A stretch of 64,000 nt of DNA from positions 45,198,001 to 45,262,000 of the forward strand of contig NC_135661.1 in NCBI RefSeq assembly GCF_964188315.1. Direction: 5' to 3'. Position numbers and translations under genes: made by a program. Positions 47,214 to 59,200 of the stretch are shown here, piece by piece. Below the pieces are notes generated by a model. It worked only from the letters and a program-made list of their open reading frames with translations, made no database searches and was not told the origin of the DNA. The first letter of the stretch is position 1. Each line of letters opens with the position of its first letter. This stretch comes from Podarcis muralis. Its lineage: Eukaryota.

Positions 47214-50200
47214 CCCTTTCAGGGCTTGTTTTCTTTCCTGAGTCAGCCAAATGCTTTAGGTCACCTTGATCTCTCTGGGACAGCCTGCGCTTTGGATGTG
47301 GTGAGCACCTGACAGCTGCTGCTATTTCTTGCTCTTAAGCATGTTGTACCATGTCATTTTCCCGGAATGAGGACCCTGTATTATTGTGCTGTCACGAGTG
47401 AAGTTCCTTTAAAATGAGTCAGACCCTTAGTCCACTTAACCAAGTACTGACTACTCTCACTGGCAGTGGCTGTTTCTATTTGAAAATGGAGTTTGCTAGT
47501 TATTTTGTTTGTTAAAACATTGAGATCCTGCCCTTCTCTTGCAAAAATAAACAAAATCGATACTATCACTCTGGACAGCTTACAACATTCAAAACTTACA
47601 ATTTCATAAAACAGCAATATAAAACCCTCAGCCAAAATGACTGAGACTACATACATAATATATTTTTAAAGCACATTCATACCACATTTCCCAGTTCAAA
47701 GAATTCTAGGCACTGTAGTTTGTTAAGGGTTGTTGAGAATTGTAACTATGTGAGAGGTAAACCACCGTGCCAATAATTATTTGAGGGGAAGAATGTGCTT
47801 CAAATGTGCTTTAAAGGTATAGCATGTGACCATAGCCTGAGTCAGCAGTTAAATCCAAAATATAAAACTTTTTATGGAACCCAGTGGCACTCTCAGAAAT
47901 CCACAGGTGACCATGAGCTTCTTTTGTTTTGTTTTCCGCAGTTGTCTATGACCTTTTCCTCCTCTGTCCCCAGCTTTTCGATGCCTTGGGTGCTGGTTAC
48001 TGTGAAAACCTAATCCACCTGAACTTATCCAAGAACGTTTATACACACAAGTAAGAGCTTGGTGTGCTTTCTCTGCACCTTTCTGGCAGGCTACTTGGGA
48101 GCAGTAGCATATTATGCCAGCCTGCAGTTTTATTTTATTTATTTCACTAGATTTATGTACCATAAAACCTCAAATTGGTGTACAAATTGGTGTACAAGAA
48201 GACAACATGGTATAAAAGTTGGTAGAGCTTTTAAATTGAGCTTTTAAAAAAATCCATAAACCATTGTGATTTTGGGCAAGAGCCTGAAAATATGCATGTG
48301 AAGCTCTTTTGTTCAGTGGGTTTCTAGGGTAATGACTTACGGTACTTCCTGATAGCCTAGTCCAGATGTCTAAACCTGACTTGGCTCCTGCTTCACATAA
48401 AGAATCTGCATTGCTCCTGAATTCAAGTTTAGGTGCTGTTCTTGTGTTGAGTGCCAATCGTGTACGTTCTTATGACTTTGGTTGCAAGATCTTGGCAGAG
48501 GATTACATTTCCAAATCAAGCTTTTGACTATGAAGATTTCGTGGTGGAGTGGGTTCAGCCTCCCCTAAGGTCTTGGGACAGTCTACCCAAGTCTCCTCTG
48601 ACAATCACCTACTTTTAAGGGGATGCCTTGTGATTAGGGAAGCTAGTTGACTCATTTCAGCTGTCTGAGCCAGGCAGGGGATCTGTCCAGTCAGTCAGAG
48701 GACCTAGTCCTGAGCCAGGGAAAACAGCTGAGCAGAATACTGCTTTGCTATGAACAGGTCTTCCAGCTAGCAGCAGAGGGTTTAATTACTCAGCCTGCTT
48801 GTCCCACCCTTCCTGGGGTGCTAATGGGATCATGTCCCTGACTGTTTTTCCTCTTTTGACATGGGATGCCTTGTTCAGCCAAGTGAGCATAGTAGCATCA
48901 GGACTAAGCTTCATTTTGGACTTTCTGCTTTTACTGTTCCTTAGGACCCCATGGAGGGTCCAGAGTTAAGGGATGAGTCCAGTTAGGCCATATCAGGTCT
49001 CACAAGTCTGCAGTTACCCTGGATGGAATATTGTGGAGGTGGTATGAGTGTTAGTGTTCCTTTTGGGTTCCTTGTCTCCCTTGGTCCTGGGATTCATGGT
49101 GACATCATAGGAACATAGGAAGCTGCTTTATACAGAGTCAGACCATTGGTTTAGCTAGTTCAGTATTGTCTATGCTGTTTTCTCCAGGTTATCAGACAGG
49201 GAACCTTTTCAGCCCTACCTGGCAATGCTGAGGATTGAATACAGGGCCTTCTGCATGCAAAGCAGATGTTCTGCCACTGAGCTATGGCCCTTCCCTTCAT
49301 CCTCCTCTAGTGAGGAGGTATTTTCTGATCCAGTTCCAGGGGTCTGTGCGTCCTGATACCTGCCCATAGAACTTAAGTTACTGCACTTCTTTTCAGAAAG
49401 AACAGTGATGTTCCTGTTGGAATCAGCAATTTCTTCAGCAAAGCCTCTGCTCTCCAACATGTTTCATTGGCTGGAACCAAGTTACCAACAGAGGCTTTGA
49501 GGTGAGGGGTAAATCGTTGTTTTTAGCTGGCTCCCATTAGGGAGGGGGAGAGAGAGACAATATTGAATGTGATCTGGATTCAAGTCCCATATCTGCCATA
49601 GGTTGTTGTAGTCTTGTGTAATTCATTGTTCTTCCAGCTTTGGTTCCTCGTTTGTAAATAAGTGATCTATATTGAAGAACTACTATAAGGATGAAAATAA
49701 CCTTTGGATGTCGTGATGAACAGCAAATTATTGTGATGGGAATACACCAAGTCATTCTCCAGGCTTACACTCTCTTCCCTTCTCATTCTTTGGTGTAGCT
49801 GCAAGGAATTCAGAAGCTTTCACTTCCATTTTTGATGACACATCACTTGTCATGCCATCTAAATCAAACTAACTGTGGCTAATCTTTTTTTGCTTGTTTG
49901 GGGGGGGGGGGGAACCAACTTCACACCAACCATAGCTTATGAAGCTGGCCTGTTTCAATCAACCATAGTTAAAATTAACCACAGTTTAGGGTTCTGAAGT
50001 AATTGGAAATAAAACTTCCTTACAGCTGCACTGCAAGAGGAGAGAAGAGGAGGGGGAGAGAAGTACACAAGCTCTGGAGGATGTTAGGCTCATTCTCATA
50101 ACACTAAACTGTGGGTTAGTGTTTCATCTGAATGCAGCCAATATGAGCAAGTAAATATGAGAAGGTAACTAATAATAATATCAAAAGAAGAAAAAATTGC

Positions 50201-53200
50201 TGGACAGGCACAGAAAGGTATACTTGACTATTTCTTAGCTGAGTGGGCATGAAGGAATGAGGCATAATCAAGATGAATTCTGTAACACACACATTAATTT
50301 ATGGATTTGCCACAGAATGCATAAAGGGGGGGGGGGTTGACAAATCCATTGAGAAGGAAACAAATCCATGGTGTTTGTTTGGAATCTCCATGGTTAGAGG
50401 CAGCCTATCACTGAATACCAGCTTGCTGGAAGGCAACAGCAGAGGGTGGCTGTTGTACAGTGCTGGACTAGCTGAACTTTTGATCTGATCCAACACAAAG
50501 CAATTCTTGCCCTTTTGGGGTTCAAAGAAGCAAAGTGGTGAGCTATTAGGGATTAAATGAAGCATTTTGGGATGGAGTCAAATCTATAGTAGAGGGGGAG
50601 AAGATGCAGAACCAGATTCCCCCCATGACAACCTGTCAGTTAGAGCTGCTCCCTACAGTGGCGAAGCTTCATACTCCGGCACTGGGGGGCAGAGAGCAGG
50701 CAGGGGCAGGGCTGGCACATGTCCTGGGGGTGTGGCACCCAGTGCAGGCGGGGGGGCAGCCATGATGGCACCCTACCAGGATCGCGCTGCCAGGGGCAGT
50801 GCGCTCTCCCCGCATTCCTCTTCCTCCGCCAGTGGCTCCCTACCCTTGTTTCCTTTCTGGTTTGTTACAGAGCTTTGCTGCAGGCCTTGGCATATAACCA
50901 CCGATTGAGTGGTCTGCACCTGGACCTCAGTAGCTGTGAGGTAAGAAGGGACACCCCTCCCCAAAACAGTGTACCTAATAAAATTTGCTAGAGAGGTTTG
51001 AAGAACATGTAGGCAAAGGGGCAGATGATATGAAGTTTGTGTTACAGTTATCTGAGACATGGTTCATTTCTTATGAATCAGATTTAATATTAACCAAGGT
51101 GAAAATACCATTTTAGGTGATGCACTAGGTAAAAATTCAGTAGCAGCCAAAGTGAGTGGCTTTACCTAGCAGCTGAAAGGACTATTTCCTCGGATAATAA
51201 ATCACTAGATTCATGTGGTTTAAGGTTCTCTTTTTCTAGCTTAGGTTTCCACTGCTGAATGGCTAAATCCAGTATTTTCCAAGTCATACAAAAAGTAAAT
51301 GTAGCCGTTTTGGCTTACTAGACTTGATGACTATATCAGAGGTGGCATGAATACCAGTTGCTGGGAATCAACAGTGGAAGAGGGCTATTGCCCTGTTGCC
51401 CTGCTTGTGGGCTTCTCAGAGGCATGCATATGGTTGACCACCGTGAGAAATGGGATGTTGGACTATTTAGGTATTTGGTCTAATTCAGCAGGGCTCTATT
51501 TAATGTTCTTAATAAATATTGCCAATTAAAATTGACACCTCAGCATATCAAAACCAAGAAATCAAAATAGCTCTGATCTGACAGAGTTGTTCTTATTTTT
51601 TATGTTCTTACTATTTTTGAATATGTATGAATTGTCTTCATATTAAAGCTGAAATCAGCAGGTGCCCAGGTGATCCAGGATCTTGTTTCAGATGCCAGCT
51701 CAATCAAGGAGTTGAATTTATCCGACAATGGTAAGTCTATCAGTTCCTTAGACGGCCTCTGTCCCTAAGACTGAGGGAGACTGTGTGCTCTCTAGCTCTT
51801 TGTGTCCCCTTCCTTGCCAATCTAGGCTTATCTGAATAATACATACTCTGTATTAGATTAGGATCTGTGGGTGGTCTTTTCTTTGTGGTATGTTAAAAGT
51901 TCTCAGCCACGTTTAACATCCCATAAAGGGGCCTGATGCATATCCCACCAAAAGAGCAAACACACCAAAAGAGCACACCAATTAGAATCAAGGTCTTTGC
52001 TGGTTTACTGGAATCTAAAGCAAAAGTAGGTAACCTTTGGCCCTCCAGATGTTGGACTACAACTCCCATCACTCCTGACCCTTGGCCATGCTGGCTGGAG
52101 TTGGTGGAAGTCCAACAGTATCTGGAGGGCCACAGATTAGCCCCCTGATCTAAGTGCTGTTTCTTATAAGGTTTCACAAGCCTGCCTCACCTTCCTGTGT
52201 CTGAATTATATCAAATCTAGTGTTTAATAATCTGTTTTGGTGGAGGGCCTTGCTTGCTTGTGACCAATCAGCCTGGCAGGACCCCTACCTGCACCCGTGA
52301 GGTACCCATGCATACACAGCTACTCTTTCTGCAGGCTTTGATTCTGACATGGTGACACTGGTGCTGGCCATTGGTAGAAGCAGATCCATCAAGCATGTTG
52401 CACTAGGAAAAAACTTTAATATCCGGTCCAGGTAAGCATTTAACACTCTGTTGGTAATTTTAAAAAAGTTAAATGCTAGTATTAATACATACATGTGAGA
52501 GTTGAAAGAATTTTTTTACATACCTAGGCTATTTTTTTTATTTATTTGCTTGCTTTTAATAGTTTTGAGCCTGCATTTCCATACCTAGAGGCAAACCCAA
52601 AGCAACTCATAAGCTGAAAGCAATAAAGACATGATAGAAGTACCACGCATTGCAAAATACAGAAGAACAGACTAATAAAAATAACAGCAGGGATAGCAAA
52701 AAAACACCACCACCAAAAACCTGCACACAACATAACTGGTTGCCATACAGAACAGCACTACAAAAACTCAGGTTAATATTCTGAAAGCAGTGCCAAATTA
52801 ACCAAATGCCTAGAGCATGTGGGGGGATTGCAACCCTTCAGCGTACAACTCCCATCATCATCACTTGCCATGGGACATTCTGGGTGGGGCTGACAAAGTT
52901 TGAATCAAACAACATCTGGAGGGTCACAGGTTCCTCACTGCTGGTCTAGAGTATAGCGGCCCAATGAACCTCTTTGGGAAGGATATTCCATAAAATTGTC
53001 ACCACCATTGATTAGACCCTATGCCTAGTGGATGCCAGTCAAGCTTCATTCATCAATGGCATCTAGATCAATGCCACAGATATTGAACAGAGCTTATGTG
53101 GAGGCACATATGGAAGAAGGTAGTCCTTGATAGTGCAGCGTCTTAAGCCATTCAGGGGTTTAAAGTTCAAAAGTAACACCTGAAATTGAGCTGACTGAAG

Positions 53201-56200
53201 ATCACAGGCAGCCAATGCAGATTACATAAGATCTAAGTATTATTCCAGTCCCAGTCAAGAACATTGTGGCAATGTTTTGCTCCTGTTGAAGTTTCTCGAT
53301 AAAGTATTCTCGCTGCTCTGGTTTTGCCAGAAGTGGCTTAGTCATGCTGGCCACATGACCCAGAAAAAACTGTCTGCAGACAAACGCCGGTTCCCTCAGC
53401 CAGTAAAGCAAGATGAGCGCCACGACCCCAGAGTCATTCGCGACTGGACTTAACTGTCAGGGGTCCCTTTACCTTTTTATGAATCTAGTAAACCAATGTG
53501 ACACAACAGGAACCCACTAATCGCCTATAAATCAGATTCAGACCAGGAAAATTAGTGGGCTTTCTACTTCTTTCTCCTAGGGAGACCCTAGCTGATGCTT
53601 TGCACCGAATTGTTCAGCTAACTCAAGATGATGACTGTGTAAGTATGGAGTTCTAAGTTCAATACCTGTGTATTAGCATGCTTTGGTCAAACTTTGAAAT
53701 CCTTAATTATTTCTGGTAAGTACATGCTCTCACAACTCAGTGGAGCTTCCTGTTGTCTGCCTAATTTCCACTTATTTTAACCTTACCACATAGGGATGGA
53801 CTATTTGTCCATAGTCACTATTGTCCATTGAATGATCTTTGTCATAGACTTGGCACTGTGTGTTTGTGTGTTCCATGCCTTCTGCAAACAAGCAACATAG
53901 TTATTAGTGTCTTGGCGTCTCTGCTACGTTCTTCCCTGATTTTATTTCAGTCTGTCGAATCCCTATCAGTGGCAGAATCTCGCCTGAAACTGGGAACCAG
54001 TGTTATCCTAGATGGTTTGAGAAGCAGGAGCAGTTGTCTTGTCATGCTGGATATCAGTGGTAATGCTATGGGAGACGTGGGTGCCAAAATACTGGCAAAA
54101 GCTTTGTCAGTGAACACAACACTCAGGTGCGTTCACTTAATTTCTTTCACTTGCATAGGTGTGTGTAGGTGGATATGTGAATTGAAGTTGGGGATAGGGG
54201 AGAAATTTGATTCAGTTCACACTTAAAGGGGAACTTACCTAATTTTCACTTTTGAATCAAGATGCAAACCAACATACAATCATCCTTTGAAATTCACACT
54301 TTTCTGAATTTTGCAATGCAGTTCTCCAGCCAAGTAATGTGTAAAAAAGTGGATATAATGCGGTAAAGTGTGCACACAGATGTATATATTATTGGAAATC
54401 ACATACAAAAATGCATTCTACTAGGAGGAAATTGCTTTGCAAAAAATGTGTATATTTGGCAAAATTGTGTGGCAAAAATGTGTATATTATTAGAAATAAA
54501 CGCTTAAAATGCTGGTGGGTTTTGATGAAGATTTTTTTAAAATTAGGGAACATGTGGAAATGTGAAAAACTGAATTTAAGATTGGGAAAAATGAGTAATA
54601 GAAATGGAAACATTTCCTTATCCGTAATTGGAGAGGGATTATTGTAAGTCTGTATACATGCTATCCCAGATGCTATCCTTGGTTTCTTCAGTTAAAATGG
54701 ATCAGGTGATGGGAAAACTTCTCTCTGAGACCTTAGAAAGACTGTGTAAGTCCAAGAAGACCAAATGTTGCCCACATATTATTTGTCAGCATGGCCAATG
54801 GCCAGGGAGAATAGGGATTATATTTCCAGCAACATCTGGGGACCCAAGGTTGGGAAGGCTGAATAGGCTGGCAAATAATCTGGCCATCTATAAAGCAGGC
54901 TAAAGAGGGCTCATGCTGCCTGCTTGGGACTGCAAAAATGCATTTTGAGGGAGGCTTGTGTTTTCAAGCACCTGACATGTCACAGTACATACCTTGTGAA
55001 CTCAAGGGCTTGCTGTGCTCTCCTTTGTGACTGGAAAGTAACATGCCTCTGTCAAGTCTAGTGTCTCCTGTGCAACTTGGTTCTATGCTGCAAAGCCAGG
55101 ATGCCCACATAGATCTATGTATGGCTTCCTTTGGAAGAAGGCCCCTTCCATGTGCATGCCTTTCTAGTAGCTGTTCATTTGCAGGCTGCTCTGGGGAGTC
55201 TAGTAAATTTGGTCCCTAGCAGTTTTGCAGTATCAAACAAAACCAGTAGTTTAATACAGTGGTACCTCGGGTTAAGAACTTAATTCATTCCAGAGGTCCG
55301 CTCTTAACCTGAAACTGTTCTTAACCTGAGGTACCACTTTAGCTAATGGGGCCTCGCGCGGCTGCCGCACAATTTCTGTTCTCATCCTGAAGCAAAGCTC
55401 TTAACCCAAGGTACTATTTCTGGGTTAGTGGAGTCTGTAACCTGAAGCGTCTGTAACCCAAGGTACCACTTTATTCTATTCTGAAGGTGATTAACCAGGT
55501 GCCTTTCGAAGCTCAAATGGACATGTGAACCTGCCATACATTACTGTTTCTATTCTAGCCCAGTATTGTTCACTCCAGCCTATCCCAGCCTGATGCCCTC
55601 CAGAAAATTTGGACTACAACTCCCATCAGCCCCATGTTGTGCTGACTGGGGCTGATGGGAGTTGAAGTTGAAAACATCTGGAGGACACCAGGTTGGAGAA
55701 GGCTGGGCTTCTCTGACTGGAAGTGGCTATCCAGCATCTCAGGCAAAGTAGAATCTTTCCCATCACTTGCCACCTGAAATCCTTTAAATGGAGATTCCAG
55801 AGATTCAGCTTGTAACATACTCCATGCAAAACACATGCTCTTCCACTGAGCTATGTTTTCTCCTCAGACAGGATAGCTATTTCCTGTGTTTTCCCTCACC
55901 ATCTGGTAATTGAAGAAATAACTGCTTCTGAACACAGAGACTTCATTTGGCTATTGCAGCCGTGAGAACCTTTCCCTTTTAGGAAAGTGTCTAATTCTTT
56001 TTTTAAAGGGGGAACAAGTCTGAGTCATAACCATATCTGTCATGTGAAGGTATAGTTCCTTTTGTTTAAAAAATCTACACTCCTTGGTCTGAGCAGGAGT
56101 TGTCATAGAGTGGGGCTTCTGTTTCTAAGTTTTTGCACCCTGCCCCCAACTAGTGCCCTCCATGTTTTGGATTACAGATTCCATCAGCCCCAGCCAATAT

Positions 56201-59200
56201 ATGCTGTAGTCCAAAACATGCAGAGGGCATCACGTTGGGGAAGGTGAAATAAACGCACACGGTTGTATTTTGCATACTTGGTAGGAACAAATTAGATGTT
56301 ACTAGGGAAACACAGGGTTCCCGGCTGACTCTTCTCTTCATAATGTTCATGTGAGTGTTGGTGGGTGCTATTTGCAGGAGAATTAGTTAGAAAGAGGGAA
56401 GATTGATCCTTCTCCCTCTGGTGATAATTCTCCCCTGTAAGTGCGTCCGCTCTGGGTCATATTTAAAGGTTCTGCCCTGTTGGGCCCTTAAACTTGAAGT
56501 AGAACCAGCTGTAGGGGAAATAGCTGTGGAAAGGAATTTGCAGGGAGTGTCAGCAAGCATGGAAAGGGTTTCCCTTCTTAATTTCCATGTCACTAAATTT
56601 CCTGTTACATTGGCAAATATGGGGCTGAGGCCATAGGTTTGCTAACATAATGTGTTGCTTGGATCATGGAATGCAGCTTTCCTGAGTTCAGAACTTTTTG
56701 GATACCTTAACACAAAGGTTTTTTTAAATAAACTTTTGATGCTTTTAAAAAAAATAAGTTTTAATTTCTATTATGTCTCTGAAATTTAGAGCTGGGTACA
56801 CATGCTTTAAATAAAAAAGGAAAGCAACGATTCTACTTAGAAATGCTTCTATTGTCTATATATTGGAGCTTGGTGTGCTTCAACTGAACCGTCTTCCCTT
56901 CTCATCTGCTTTTAGGACGTTAATTTGGGACAGGAACAACACAACATTGTGTGGATTCCTTGATGTTACTCGTGCCTTGCTAAGGTAGGTACCTCATCGC
57001 TGTGCTTTGTTGATGCCATCCTGGAGGCTCTGCAGACAAATTCTGTTCTTCTTTGGAATAAGAGAATCCCAGTCCAAGTGCCAATTCTTTCCCCATAAAT
57101 AACTTTGGCAATGCCATTTTAGGACCCAATAATGTCAGACAAAACATCAAGGGTTTATTCACTCACTCGTCTTCCTATATGATATATGCCACCAGTGCTA
57201 TTTTTCTAGAAAAAGAGGTGTCGGAACTCTCCATGAATTTGTAATGACAATAGTGCCCACCTGAGTGGTGCCAGAACTGCATTCTGGTGAGTTCTGGCTG
57301 AAAAAAGCCCCATATGCTACCATTGGTTAGCATACCCTTCTGCATTCTACATAGGACAAGCAGGCCAGTCTTGTCACAAAATAATAAATCAGGCTTCCTC
57401 AACCTTGGCCCTCCAGATGTTTTGAGACTACAATTCCCATCATCCCTGACCACTGGTCCTGCTAGCTAGGGGTCATGGGAGTTGTAGGCCAAAAACATCT
57501 GGAGGGCCGAGTTTGAGGACGCCTGTAATAAATGAATGCAAATCAGACATCAGAAATGATATTTTAAAAACCAGAAAAATAACATTTCAGCTGCTCGGGA
57601 TGTTCTGGAAGTGGCCATTCTCAAATAAAGGAACTTCAAAGGGAGGTTCCAGTGAGAAACAACTGAATTATATCTTATGAAGAAGTTCAGATCACCTGTG
57701 ACCTGAATCAAAATGAACATAAGAGGAGCACTCCACTGCAAAGTTTTGTTACAGCATCTACTTGTTTCACTTTAATTGGGAAATAGCCTGACTACTGTGC
57801 ATGCACAATTGTGAATTGTTTTGGGAGCCCTTAGTAGCCTAGGGCAGTGTTTCCCAACCGGTGTTCCGCGGCACACTAGTGTGCCGCAAGACGTTGCCTG
57901 GTGTGCCGTGGGAGGGAGGCGGGCGAGTCGGGCGGCGAGAGGCGGGACGGCGGCGGCGAGGATCCGCGTCGAGCCGGGGGCGGCTCCGCGGTGATGGTGC
58001 CGAGGTTTCTCTCTCCATTCTCCCCCCCCACACACACACAGGAAATAACACAGGATCAGCTGACAGGACCCGGCCAATGGGGCGGCGGCGGGGCAGCGCA
58101 CACAAAAGGGAGGAGCGCGAAACGGCGGCGGCGCAGGGCGGGAGGGCGGCGCATTGCGCGTGCTCAAACCCGCCCTCCGAGGCGCAGAGGGGAGCTGGGC
58201 AAGCGCCTTCTTCAACCACGCGCTCGTTTAAAAGTTTCCCTTTCAAAAAGGAAACGTGGGTTTCTTCCACCCCATTGGCTGCGACTCCGCCCACTCCGTC
58301 CTCCTCCCCCTCGCCCGCCCGCGGCGCCTCGCTCCTCAGCCTCCGCCATGTACCGCTCGCTCCGCTCCCTCCAGCGCCTGAGTTGCGCCAGGGGCGCCGC
58401 CGTCCACGCGCGCCAGAGGGGCCCGCCGACCTGCAGCCGCCACGCGCAGCCACGGAGGATGGTGAGCGACGCCCCCCCGCTGCGCGCGCAATGGAGGGAG
58501 GGAGGGAGGCGCAAGGGCGTCAGAGGTGACCTTTGCCGGCCTCTTGCGGGACAGGCGCCTCCTGCGCGGCTGAGGGGCCCCTTCCCGCCTTTGTGGGCCT
58601 GACGCGGCCTCAGGGTTCCCTCCCTCTCTCCACATATATAAATTGGCTTTTATTATTAGTGCTTTCGCATTCCTTTTTCTCCCTCCCAGGAGCTCCGGTG
58701 GGGGGGGGGCGGGCGGGGCTCCCCACCATTTACCCCCCACAACAACCCTGTGAGGGAGGCCGGGCTGAGAGGATTCCAACCCGCGTCCGCCCCCGCTGCT
58801 TCCTTCAAGTGGCGTCCTGGGCGAGAACAACATTTGACGGCCCCTCCCTCAAATATCCCTCATTTTCGCAATAATTCATTTTGGTACAGCTGCTTTTTCC
58901 AACGGATCGGTTCAGTGTTGTTATTTGCGCCCCTCTGCCGCCAGCAGCGTCCCAAATCCAGCGCTGCTCCCCTCCTTAGGATGCCAAGCACTCTGAATTG
59001 GGAAGTGGCCCCCTTGGGAAGAGGGAGGCTTGCCTCCAAGTAAAGATGAATATGAAAGTACCTTGTTTTTAAGGGCCTGCGGTGGTGGTGGCTGTTTAAC
59101 ATCCAAGGCTCACAACACAAAAACACAAAACTACATTACATGGGACAGTGGTACCTCGGGTAACTGAGGCTTCAGGTTACAGACTCCACTAACCCAGAAA

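Noticed and set aside
58348-58467. GPX4 exon 1a as the alternative identity (also ends ATG|GTGAGC)
   Set aside because: The MYRSLRSL start and RRM end fit recalled FH N-termini far better than GPX4 (MSLGRLCRLL...); still needs a BLAST check.
57772-58833. Long ORFs (147-233 aa) on both strands as a transposase or novel gene
   Set aside because: No BED finger, DDE or hAT dimerisation motifs; GC-rich artefacts. Only the 38-codon FH-like exon has a Kozak start plus a splice donor.
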